27,730 nucleotides of DNA from an uncultured archaeon (GCA_964590575.1 CAZPWM010000036.1:1-27730), one strand, 5' to 3'. Positions 8,961-17,403 are shown, numbered from the stretch's first letter. Translations and numbers: made by a program. Notes: a model not told the origin generated them from the sequence alone.

Positions 8961-10418
8961 CTATGATATTGCTTCTAGTATATTTCCAATCTCTGAGTTC
9001 ATGAGTTTGTTAAAAATCGGAAATTGTTTCTTGTATACTTCTACGTTTTCAGGAATAGGCTCTCGCCGTTCCTCGATATGAAACATGTTGTCAACAGCCT
9101 CAGAATAGCCCCCATAAATTCCAGTTCCGATGGTACCAAGAATGGCTGCACCAATTACAGTGGAGTCTCGAACTTTGGGTAGAACAATAGGTCTGTTAAT
9201 GCAGTCAGCCTGTATCTGGCGCCATAATGGAGAGTTTGCTCCACCACCGCTGATACGGAGCTCATTGAACTCAATATCAAGCATCCCTTCCATCATTTCA
9301 AGGTACATAGAAATGATATACCCATTGGCCTCGAGGATCGCTCTCGCAACATGAGCCTTCGTATGCCCGAAACCTAAATGGTAGAATATTCCCAAATTGT
9401 ATGCCATGAATGGGAACATCACAAGACCGTCGCTACCAGCAGGCACTGATGCTGCCGAGGATTCGATGATCTGGTAGACATCTTTCTCAGTCTGAGCTGC
9501 AAGAGCCATCTCCGGTTCGCAGTATTGGTCTCTATACCACTTATAGGTGAGTCCAGTTCCAGGGGTAACTCCTTCAAGAATCCACTTTCCCGGCATTGCT
9601 GATGGATTGCAATACATCACATATGGCTCTTCCATGAATTCATCGAGATGAGTTATTACGAAGGTACCAGTGCCTGTTGTGGCTTTTACTATACCAGATT
9701 CAATGACCCCCATACCCAAGGCGGAGCACTGTTGATCTCCACTTCCCAGAATAACCGGGGTCCCTCTTCTCAGAGATGTGGCTTTCGAAGCCTCAGAATT
9801 AATCTCGCCTATGGTGGAACCTGAGTTCTTGATTTCAGCCAGTTTGTCAATTGGTATTCCGGTGGCTTCACATAGATCTTCAGACCACTGAAGTGTTTCA
9901 TGGTCAATCGGACCAAACCTGGCATCAGCAGGTGAACTAACCATAGCGCCACAGAGCCGGTTGTTGATGAAAGCATCAAGCTGCAGCCATTTCCATGTCT
10001 TCTTGAAGAAATCGGGGCGATTCTCAATGAACCACATTAGTTTTCTGACGCTACCTCGTGGACCAATCTCAGCAGCCATCTCTTTGCTTTTTACAGTTGA
10101 TCGGTTATCTATCCAAGTTACAGTAGGAGCCAAAGCATTACCATCCCTATCTATAGGAGTCATTGAGTCTCTGGTCGTTGAAACAACAACACCAACGATA
10201 GCATCTGGTCCATGCTTGCAACCAGCAAGGGCTCTCTGCATTGTGTTCGCTGACGTGCGCCAAAATGTGTCTGCTACCTGTTCATGTATCTTTACATCCT
10301 GTGGTTTGGGAGGATATTCCTCATAGGCTTTACTGACCTCACGCCCTTCTTCATCCACAATAACAGAACGTGTTCCTGTTGTTCCAATATCAAATATCGC
10401 AAAGAGACGGTCACTCAT
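8961..10418 (-). CDS. FGGY-family carbohydrate kinase (glycerol kinase/xylulokinase/YgcE-like)
   Basis: 'FDIGTTGTR', 'STTRDS', 'WIDNRS', 'GSGDQQCSALGMG', 'TGTGTF', 'ARAILEA', 'ISGGGANSPLWRQIQAD'. Start ATG 10418 (MSDRLFAIFD) preferred over 10457. Confidence 0.9.
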   Translation of the reverse strand: MSDRLFAIFDIGTTGTRSVIVDEEGREVSKAYEEYPPKPQDVKIHEQVADTFWRTSANTMQRALAGCKHGPDAIVGVVVSTTRDSMTPIDRDGNALAPTVTWIDNRSTVKSKEMAAEIGPRGSVRKLMWFIENRPDFFKKTWKWLQLDAFINNRLCGAMVSSPADARFGPIDHETLQWSEDLCEATGIPIDKLAEIKNSGSTIGEINSEASKATSLRRGTPVILGSGDQQCSALGMGVIESGIVKATTGTGTFVITHLDEFMEEPYVMYCNPSAMPGKWILEGVTPGTGLTYKWYRDQYCEPEMALAAQTEKDVYQIIESSAASVPAGSDGLVMFPFMAYNLGIFYHLGFGHTKAHVARAILEANGYIISMYLEMMEGMLDIEFNELRISGGGANSPLWRQIQADCINRPIVLPKVRDSTVIGAAILGTIGTGIYGGYSEAVDNMFHIEERREPIPENVEVYKKQFPIFNKLMNSEIGNILEAIS

Positions 10419-10509
10419 AGGTATCACTATCAATATTAGAATTGTACAGAGGGGCATATAGATTGTCCTACCATGAGAGTTATCTTGTGTTTTGGTAACC
10501 GGATAGATA

Positions 10510-11445
10510 ATGTCAGACTATCCAGCACATATTGAGATTGAACCACGTGTACATCTCATCAGAGGACAAAATGAAGCTCGATTTCCAGAGGCAAACACAC
10601 TCTTAATAGACGATGAGATACTCACTCTTGTAGACGCAGGTTCAAATCCAGAACAGGTCTTCTTGACTCTTCGAGACCTAGGTCATCAACCAGAAGACCT
10701 CGAACGTATAGTGCTAACGCATTATCATGCGGATCACAAGGGCTATGCTGCTCATCTGCGACAACTATCCGGTTGCGAAGTGTTGTGTCATCCACTAGCA
10801 AAGGATGGAGTTGAACATTTCCAGACTATGATGAAATACATAGGTATTAACAATCCAGAAACCAAAGCGCACTGGTTGAACCTGCTAAACTCCAGATTAC
10901 CACATGTACGATATGACTACATAGTGGATGGTGTATTCCGTGATGATAGACCCATTGATTGTGGCGAAGTTCAACTCATTCCTCTTCATTCACCGGGTCA
11001 CACACATGACCATACTTGTTTTGGCATCAATGGTTTAGAAAAAATACTTCTTGTCGATATAGACCTCACAGAGTTTGGACCTTGGTATGGGAATGTTGTG
11101 AGTGACATAGGGCATTTCAAGAGGTCTATCGAACAGATTATCGATTTACAACCAAAAATGGGTATTAGCAGTCACCTTCTAGATCCCGTGACGAACGGAC
11201 TTGAAGAGCAACTTAGAAGTTACTTAGCATACTTCCAGAAACGCGATGAAGAAATTCTACGCCATATCGCTGAAGGAATTGACACTGTGAAGGAGCTTGC
11301 CAAAATACCTATTATATATCCTCGAATTCCGCATCCGGTCTATCTCGTTTTTGAGGAATTTATGATTGACAAGCATATTGAACTTCTGTCCAAGAATGAC
11401 CTTGTTCTTCTTGAGGATGGACACCTTCAGGTTCTGAGGACCTAG
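10510..11445 (+). CDS. Metallo-beta-lactamase-fold hydrolase
   Basis: 'LVDAG', HxHxDH 'THYHADH', 'SPGHTHDH', 'LVDID', 'ISSH'. Confidence 0.88.
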   Translation: MSDYPAHIEIEPRVHLIRGQNEARFPEANTLLIDDEILTLVDAGSNPEQVFLTLRDLGHQPEDLERIVLTHYHADHKGYAAHLRQLSGCEVLCHPLAKDGVEHFQTMMKYIGINNPETKAHWLNLLNSRLPHVRYDYIVDGVFRDDRPIDCGEVQLIPLHSPGHTHDHTCFGINGLEKILLVDIDLTEFGPWYGNVVSDIGHFKRSIEQIIDLQPKMGISSHLLDPVTNGLEEQLRSYLAYFQKRDEEILRHIAEGIDTVKELAKIPIIYPRIPHPVYLVFEEFMIDKHIELLSKNDLVLLEDGHLQVLRT

Positions 11446-11446
11446 T

Positions 11447-12232
11447 TCACCTGTGTTTGAATTCAGGTTTGCGTTTCTCAAGGAAAGCTGCTACACCTTC
11501 TTCCTTATCATCTGTGTCAAAGGTCTGGCAAAATGCGTCAAGCTCGAAAGCTAGGTGTTCGTCGAGTGTGAGTTGCCAAGCGTTCTGGGTAGACTGTTTT
11601 GCCAAATCGAGAGCGACTCCCGGCATTTGGGATAGCTTCGCAGCAAGTTCCAAAACTCCCTCTCTGAGTTCGTCCTGGGAATTGAAGACTTTGTTCACAA
11701 GACCAATTCTGAAGGCTTCCTCAGCATCCACCCGACCGCCAGTTAGAATGAGTTCTTTTGCAATTCCTAGTCCAACAAGCCTAGCAAGTCTTACAGTTCC
11801 TCCATTTCCAGGGATTGTACCAAGATTTATCTCTGGAAGACCGAATTGTGCGTTGCTAGATGCATAACGTATATCGCATGCTAGTGCTAACTCACAACCT
11901 CCACCAAGTGCATATCCATTGATAGCTGCAATAATCGGCTTGGTCATCGATGTCATGTACTCAGCAATATCTCGACTGGGATCAACAACAGAGTGGATAG
12001 TTTTTGAGTCGCGTCCCACAAAATCAGTGATATCACTTCCAGATATGAAAGCCTTTTCACCAGCGCCAGTGATGACGATTACGCGGATAGAAGGATCTTC
12101 CTCAGCCCGTTTGAGCATGTCAAGTAGTATTTCTTTCACTTTAAGGTTGAACGCATTATATTTCTCAATACGGTTTATTGTGATTGTAGCTATCGCATCC
12201 TCTACATCAAAGAGAACCGAATCTTCTGTCAT
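11447..12232 (-). CDS. Enoyl-CoA hydratase (crotonase family), paralogue 1
   Basis: 'AFISGSDI', 'AAINGYALGGGCELALACD', 'FGLPEINLG' (both catalytic Glu), 'EGVAAFLEKRKP'. ATG 12232 preferred because ORF-track start 12289 overlaps the HAD gene. Confidence 0.92.
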   Translation of the reverse strand: MTEDSVLFDVEDAIATITINRIEKYNAFNLKVKEILLDMLKRAEEDPSIRVIVITGAGEKAFISGSDITDFVGRDSKTIHSVVDPSRDIAEYMTSMTKPIIAAINGYALGGGCELALACDIRYASSNAQFGLPEINLGTIPGNGGTVRLARLVGLGIAKELILTGGRVDAEEAFRIGLVNKVFNSQDELREGVLELAAKLSQMPGVALDLAKQSTQNAWQLTLDEHLAFELDAFCQTFDTDDKEEGVAAFLEKRKPEFKHR

Positions 12233-12251
12233 GGTAGTTTCACATCCACTG

Positions 12252-13379
12252 TCACTGAAGCGTTTTGGGAAGGCTATAGCAATCTCCAAATTCTTGCTGA
12301 AGTTTTTTCAACTCCTCTCTAACCACATCGAGGCCAAGCCGTTCAATAGTTTCAAAGGGCCCTTCCTTATAGTTAGAACCCAGTTTCATGGCCTTGTCAA
12401 TATCCTCCTTTGATGCAATCCCGGTCTCGAATTCAATCATAGCCTCTCTCAGATAGGGCATGATGATTCTGTTGACCAACCAATCTGGATCTGCACCTTT
12501 TGGTTCTTCAAGCGACCGTTTCTGGCCATCTTCATAAGCATAGAAACCCTTGCCAGCTTTCCTACCAATTCTTCCTTCCTCTACATACTTCTTGAGTATT
12601 TCAGGAACTTTGTAACAATCTCCCAATTCTCTCTCAAGAGTACTCCCGGTGCCAAGTGATACATCCAAACCAACAAAGTCAGTCAGTTCCAATGATCCCA
12701 TTGGTGTACCGAACTTCTCTTTCATGGCTGTGTCAATCTCTTCAGCACTTGCTAAGCCTTGTTCATTGATCTGTAATACTGCTCTCGAAATCTGCGCACG
12801 GAGCCTGTTTACAATGAATCCTGGGCTGTCTATTGCCTTCACGGTAATCTTTCTTTGCTTCTCACCAACTTCTAAAGCAGTCTGAATAGTATCGTTGTTT
12901 GTTTCTTTTCCTATGATAACCTCTAGAAGCTTCATAGCAGGTACTGGAGAGAAGTAGTGCATCCCAATTACCTTGGCCGGTCGATTTGTGACCTTTCCAA
13001 GCTCGGTTATACTAAGAGAAGATGTGTTGGAGGCAAGGATCGTGTGAGGCTTTGCAGCATGGTCCATCTCTTTGAACAGTTTCTTCTTGACCTCCATATT
13101 CTCGAAGACAGCCTCTATGACCAAATCTACATCGCTGACTGCTTCACTCAGATATGTTGTAGTCGCTAGCCGACTGATGATATTCTCACCATCTTCAGGT
13201 GATAACTTCCCTCGTTTGACTCCTGATTCCACATAATTCTTAACCCTTGACAAACCTCGATTAATCGCGTTTTCATCCAAATCTGTCATTATCACATCAT
13301 ATCCGGAGGCTCGTGAAACATATGAGATTCCAGCCCCCATTAGACCGGCACCAACAACGGCTATCTTGTTGACCTTCAT
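12252..13379 (-). CDS. 3-hydroxyacyl-CoA dehydrogenase with duplicated C-terminal domain, paralogue 1
   Basis: 'GAGLMGAGI', 'IEAVFE', 'ASNTSSL', 'GMHYFSPVPAMKLLE' (His-Glu), 'PGFIVNR', 'GRKAGKGFY', second HAD_C repeat 'LVNRII...IDKAMKLG...GPF'. ATG 13379 overlaps upstream TGA. Confidence 0.92.
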   Translation of the reverse strand: MKVNKIAVVGAGLMGAGISYVSRASGYDVIMTDLDENAINRGLSRVKNYVESGVKRGKLSPEDGENIISRLATTTYLSEAVSDVDLVIEAVFENMEVKKKLFKEMDHAAKPHTILASNTSSLSITELGKVTNRPAKVIGMHYFSPVPAMKLLEVIIGKETNNDTIQTALEVGEKQRKITVKAIDSPGFIVNRLRAQISRAVLQINEQGLASAEEIDTAMKEKFGTPMGSLELTDFVGLDVSLGTGSTLERELGDCYKVPEILKKYVEEGRIGRKAGKGFYAYEDGQKRSLEEPKGADPDWLVNRIIMPYLREAMIEFETGIASKEDIDKAMKLGSNYKEGPFETIERLGLDVVREELKKLQQEFGDCYSLPKTLQ

Positions 13380-14152
13380 TTCTTTAACTCCTTTTTTCTG
13401 AAAGCTAATCTCTCGTATTGTTTCCCCCAACGCTCATCATACAATAATCCCTCAAGTGGTGGTCGACTGGGTCCTAGGTGTCTTGATTTCATTGGAATTC
13501 CGATGCAAAATGCTGTCAATGGAGTCCATATCGGTGGAATTCCAATCCTATCACGAATTAACTGAGTGTGTCGTGAGTCTGAGCATATCAGAGCCTCGTA
13601 GCCGCAGCCATAACCCATTGCTGTTGCGACCATCCACATATTCTGGATAGCCATGCCTGCAACAACAGAACCGAAAAGTTCGTTGGGATACAATTTTGTG
13701 GCATCATGCCATGCAGGACACGCGCACACAATAATAACAGTGTCACTCTTCTCCGGGTAGCGAAAGAGGTCTCCTTCTCGAAGTCGAGAAAATACAGCGG
13801 CTCGAAACTCATCCTCTATGTACCAATTTCTACCACTTGTGAGCTCGAAAGGAGCTGATCCAAAAACTGTCTGCGCGTTTTCCTGTGCGATATCTGCTAG
13901 GTATTCCTTTGTATCTTGATCATCTCGAATCACGGTTAATCGAATCATCAACATGTTTTCTGGACTTGGTGCATGTCGCGCAGCCTCTAATATCAATTCA
14001 ATATGTTCATCAGGGATCCTTCCACCAGTAAATTCACGGATAGAGCGTCGAGACCTAATATGCTTCATAACCTGTAAACCTGAAGCAATCTTTGTGTCTT
14101 CTACCTCTCTGCCGCTAACATCCAAACTTCCTTTGGTATCTGTTGTCATCAT
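13376..14152 (-). CDS. Nitroreductase-family flavoprotein, paralogue 1
   Basis: FMN-binding 'IRSRRSIREF', 'ILEAARHAPS..N', 'MAIQNMWMVATAMGYG'. Confidence 0.88.
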   Translation of the reverse strand: MMTTDTKGSLDVSGREVEDTKIASGLQVMKHIRSRRSIREFTGGRIPDEHIELILEAARHAPSPENMLMIRLTVIRDDQDTKEYLADIAQENAQTVFGSAPFELTSGRNWYIEDEFRAAVFSRLREGDLFRYPEKSDTVIIVCACPAWHDATKLYPNELFGSVVAGMAIQNMWMVATAMGYGCGYEALICSDSRHTQLIRDRIGIPPIWTPLTAFCIGIPMKSRHLGPSRPPLEGLLYDERWGKQYERLAFRKKELKK

Positions 14153-14227
14153 ATCACCTCAAGATAGTTTCTTGAAATACTTCAACAGCAATTCCTATGG
14201 GTCTGTATTTGAACCTGAATCGGTTTC

Positions 14228-15013
14228 CTATTTGTGTTTGAATTCTGCTTTGCGCTTCTCAAGGAAAGCCGCTACACCTTCTTCTTTATCCTCAGTATCG
14301 AAGGTTTGACAAAACGAATCAAGCTCAAATGCAAGATTATCAGTAAGAGTCTGCTGCCAAGCATTATTCAGTGATTGTTTTGCCAGTTTGAGTGCCACAC
14401 CAGGTTTTCCAACCAACTTGGTTGCGAGTTCCTTCGTACCTTCATGGAGAGCTTCAATTGACTCAAACACTCTGTTTACTAGACCAATACGTAATGCTTC
14501 ATCTGCCTTGATCTGATCTCCGGTGTATACAAGCTCTTTGGCCATTCCGAGACCGACAAGTCGTGGGAGTCTAACTGTACCACCGTATCCTGGAATGATA
14601 CCTAGAAGGATCTCAGGTTGACCAAATCTTGCATTTGCAGAAGCATACCGAATGTCGCAGGCCATGGCAAGCTCACAGCCCCCTCCCAGTGCGAAACCGT
14701 TTATTGCGGCAATCACTGGTTTACTCATCGACTCAATATATACACTGAGTTCTTGTCCTTGCAGCGCAGCTGGACGTACTTCTTTTGAGTTCACACCCGG
14801 GAACCCTGTGATATCAGCTCCTGCAGCAAATGCTTTCTCTCCAGCACCGGTCAAGATAACAACCCTCACCGCATCATCCTTCTCAGCTTTCTTGAAGAAA
14901 TCACTCATAGCTGCTCTCACTGTCGTGTTCAATGCATTATATTTTTCAGGTCGATTAATCGTGATGGTAGCAATTCCATCAGCCACTTCGTAGAGAACTT
15001 CTTGTTCAGACAC
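14228..15013 (-). CDS. Enoyl-CoA hydratase (crotonase family), paralogue 2
   Basis: 'AFAAGADI', 'GGGCELAMACD', 'FGQPEILLGIIPGYGGT.RL.RLVG'; GGAGG SD before GTG. Confidence 0.93.
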   Translation of the reverse strand: MSEQEVLYEVADGIATITINRPEKYNALNTTVRAAMSDFFKKAEKDDAVRVVILTGAGEKAFAAGADITGFPGVNSKEVRPAALQGQELSVYIESMSKPVIAAINGFALGGGCELAMACDIRYASANARFGQPEILLGIIPGYGGTVRLPRLVGLGMAKELVYTGDQIKADEALRIGLVNRVFESIEALHEGTKELATKLVGKPGVALKLAKQSLNNAWQQTLTDNLAFELDSFCQTFDTEDKEEGVAAFLEKRKAEFKHK

Positions 15014-15056
15014 ATCTCTTCCTCCTGACTATTGCTCGCTCAGGGGCAGTTGTGAG

Positions 15057-15069
15057 TAATAAGCCTTCG
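15057..15069 (-). promoter_or_regulatory. Putative archaeal BRE/TATA promoter of the ECH-nitroreductase-HAD-ECH operon
   Basis: Minus strand reads CGAAGGCTTATTA about 45 nt upstream of GTG 15013: purine-rich BRE-like segment followed by TTATTA. Confidence 0.45.
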
Positions 15070-15147
15070 CGCGTATGACACAGGGCTCACTTAATGTTTA
15101 ATTACTTGTTTGCAACAATGTAACAAGTACCACCCGGAGATGGTGCA

Positions 15148-15495
15148 ATGGTTAGCTCGGAAAAGAGAGATGTATGGAGTGAGAGTCTCAGCAAAATGAA
15201 GGCATCTCTTGAAAGCACATATGATTTCAAGACAATAGTCCAAGAAGAGAAACGACTTCTTGACGGCTTGAAAGATGACGCCAGAGATTATGTGGTCTTC
15301 TCGAGCTACAGAAGGAACGCGGGAAAACGTAGACTCAATGATATCAAGAATGTGATCGATGCTGCTCTTGAGAAGTTAGATTGCTGTGATTCGTATGAAG
15401 CATCCAGAATCTACCTTGAAACTCTGAAAACTGTAACGATGCAAACTCGTTGGGCGTCAGTATTAGAAACGCTTTCAGAATATACCCACTCATGA
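15148..15495 (+). CDS. Hypothetical helical protein (115 aa)
   Basis: Intact ATG-TGA ORF with GGAGATGGTG upstream, in an otherwise empty gap; no family recognised. Confidence 0.75.
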   Translation: MVSSEKRDVWSESLSKMKASLESTYDFKTIVQEEKRLLDGLKDDARDYVVFSSYRRNAGKRRLNDIKNVIDAALEKLDCCDSYEASRIYLETLKTVTMQTRWASVLETLSEYTHS

Positions 15496-15581
15496 AATGA
15501 TTGGATAGCATTCTATGTCACTAAACTATCATTCATATTGCGATTCCATTTGGATGTGCTAAATCAAACAGGTGATTTATC

Positions 15582-15791
15582 ATCCCAACGATACTGGACG
15601 AGAACTGCTGCGATAGCTGCGGAACATGTGTGAAAACCTGCAGGTACGGAGTTTATGAGATAGTTGACGAGAAACCGCAAGTGGCTCATGTTCAGTATTG
15701 CAAGGACTGCGGAAATTGCATTGAAGAGTGTCCTAATAGGTGTATAACTTTTCGTAGCAGCGCTCAGAAAAATAAAGCTGAAAATAAATAG
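15582..15791 (+). CDS. 2[4Fe-4S] ferredoxin (~69 aa), apparent non-canonical ATC start; absent from ORF track
   Basis: Manual translation: (I/M)PTILDENCCDSCGTCVKTCRYGVYEIVDEKPQVAHVQYCKDCGNCIEECPNRCITFRSSAQKNKAENK*, with two CxxCxxCxxxC motifs; SD AGGTGA at 15570-15575. Confidence 0.85.
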   Translation: MPTILDENCCDSCGTCVKTCRYGVYEIVDEKPQVAHVQYCKDCGNCIEECPNRCITFRSSAQKNKAENK

Positions 15792-15817
15792 AAAGGGGAG
15801 CCCGAAGGCTCAACCTT
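15775..15817 (-). terminator. Hairpin with cUUCGg tetraloop followed by U-rich tract (thiolase-DUF35 transcript)
   Basis: Minus strand GAGCC-TTCG-GGCTC (15798-15811), extendable by AAGG/CCTT, then TTTCTATTTATTTT. Confidence 0.6.
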
Positions 15818-15819
15818 AA

Positions 15820-16233
15820 CTATACTAGCCACTTGTATGTAGTCATTTTATCTTGGTTTTCAAAAGCAAGTTTGAGAGGCATACCAACTGTTGGTGGACC
15901 CATTGGATTTGTTATATGGGCAGTTAACCGTAGGCCTGATGGGAACTCTCCAATGGCAACAATATATGGCTGCTTTGCTGACAGACTTGCTGGAGCAAAG
16001 TCTACAATGACATAAGAGTAGAGTTTTGCTTCACGTTCGGTGAATTCTGTAAGTTCACAATCACTCATGTCTTTCTGGCAGTGCTGTCTGGGAGGTAGAT
16101 ATTCAGCTCCACACTTTGTACACTTGCTCTTCATGAGCTTTCCCTGTTCAAGTGCCTCCAAAAACTTCTGGAAGAAGGGTGTCACAGCCTTGTCAGTGGA
16201 GTAACCAAGATAGATCTCTTTATGTTCTGCCAT
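15820..16233 (-). CDS. DUF35 Zn-ribbon/OB-fold thiolase partner protein
   Basis: 'FLEALEQGKL...KCTKCG..YLPPRQHC..D', OB-fold 'LYSYVIV..AP...PYIVAIGEF..GLRLTAHI....VGM'; directly downstream of the thiolase. Confidence 0.9.
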   Translation of the reverse strand: MAEHKEIYLGYSTDKAVTPFFQKFLEALEQGKLMKSKCTKCGAEYLPPRQHCQKDMSDCELTEFTEREAKLYSYVIVDFAPASLSAKQPYIVAIGEFPSGLRLTAHITNPMGPPTVGMPLKLAFENQDKMTTYKWLV

Positions 16234-16236
16234 TCT

Positions 16237-17403
16237 TTACCAACCCCTCTCAAAGATGAACACGTTGACGAACTGACCGGATTGCCCGACATTGTGTGCA
16301 AGACCATATTTGACATCCTTAATTTGTCGGGACTTATACTCGGACTCTCCTCTCATCTGTTTCATAATCTCGTAAGTCATTGAAAGACCAGTCGCACCAA
16401 GTGGATGACCTTTGCTCTTAAGACCACCATCGCAGTTCACAGGAATTCGACCATCGTGATAGACTTCTTTGTTTTCTATGAGTTCTCGACCTTTTCCTGG
16501 TTCTGCAAAACCTATGTCTTCATATGCAACCATCTCAGCTATACTGAAACAGTCGTGTACTTCAGCCATGTTCATATCATCAGGTTTGAGCCCAGCCATA
16601 TTAAAAGCAGCTTTTGCAGCGCGTTTTGCACCAGGTATTGACGTAAGTGATTCTCTATCTTGAATCATCATTGCTGAAGCTCCTGCACCAATGCCTCTAA
16701 TCCACATTGGTCTATCTGTGAATTCTTTTACGCGATCTTCAGCTGCAATTACAACCCCTGCTGCACCATCTGTAATAAGACTGCAATCATAGAGATTTAG
16801 TGGCCTACATATTGGTACAGCGTTATTGGCTTCCTCCAGAGAAACCTCTCTTGGAAGATGCGCCTTAGGATTTTGTGCACCATAATGATGAGATTTTACA
16901 GAAATCATTGAAAGAACTTCATGAGGAAGATTATACTCATGCATATACCTTGATGCCATGAGAGCATAGAACGCGGGGAAACTGATTCCGTATGGATATT
17001 CCCATCGCATGTCCCCAGCCTGCGACATATATTCAGTTGCAACTGCTGATGAAACCCTGTTCATTTGCTCAACTCCAAGAACCAACATAACATCATAAAG
17101 TCCTGCCGCCACCATTCCCCACGCTGCTCTTAGACTTGCAGTACCTGTAGTACACGCTGATTCAACTCTTAGGTGAGGTTTGTTTTGAAGTCCTAGATAG
17201 TCTGCAATTAGAGCTGAACCAGCTCCTTGACCTGTGAATTGTGACGCGGCGTATGAGAGAACTGATGCCTCAATTTTGTCTTGCGTTAATCCGTCATCAT
17301 AGATTGGTTTGTACGCTTCTGCACAGAGCTCTCGCATTGTTGCATCGTAACGTTTTCCGAATTTGCTGTGTCCCGCTGCGACAACAGCAACTTTTCTTGC
17401 CAT
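16237..17403 (-). CDS. Thiolase (acetyl-CoA C-acyltransferase), archaeal SCP2-type
   Basis: 'RVESACTTG' (catalytic Cys), 'DCSLITDGAA', 'AEVHDCF', 'GGLKSKGHPLGATG', 'LAHNVG'. Confidence 0.93.
   Translation of the reverse strand: MARKVAVVAAGHSKFGKRYDATMRELCAEAYKPIYDDGLTQDKIEASVLSYAASQFTGQGAGSALIADYLGLQNKPHLRVESACTTGTASLRAAWGMVAAGLYDVMLVLGVEQMNRVSSAVATEYMSQAGDMRWEYPYGISFPAFYALMASRYMHEYNLPHEVLSMISVKSHHYGAQNPKAHLPREVSLEEANNAVPICRPLNLYDCSLITDGAAGVVIAAEDRVKEFTDRPMWIRGIGAGASAMMIQDRESLTSIPGAKRAAKAAFNMAGLKPDDMNMAEVHDCFSIAEMVAYEDIGFAEPGKGRELIENKEVYHDGRIPVNCDGGLKSKGHPLGATGLSMTYEIMKQMRGESEYKSRQIKDVKYGLAHNVGQSGQFVNVFIFERGW

Noticed and set aside
273-10326. Numerous 60-136 aa ORFs overlapping the GNAT, radical SAM, glp/AGPS and kinase genes
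   Set aside because: They overlap long motif-bearing genes on the opposite strand or in another frame and show no recognisable features.
8961-10418. Assigning the gene symbol glpK
   Set aside because: It lacks GlpK-specific DQGTTS, TNQRET and DPYFS signatures; only the FGGY family call is supported.
11457-12413. Plus-strand ORFs 11457-11867 and 11919-12413 (and similar 13953-14309, 14652-14993)
   Set aside because: Antisense shadows of well-supported crotonase/nitroreductase genes; Ser/Pro-rich, no motifs; their mutual similarity only mirrors the paralogy on the coding strand.
15492-15581. Selenocysteine read-through of TGA 15573 to extend the ferredoxin to ATG 15492
   Set aside because: The frame also has a TGA at 15498 and a TAA before reaching that ATG; TGA 15573 is not at a Cys position and is better explained as part of the SD AGGTGA.
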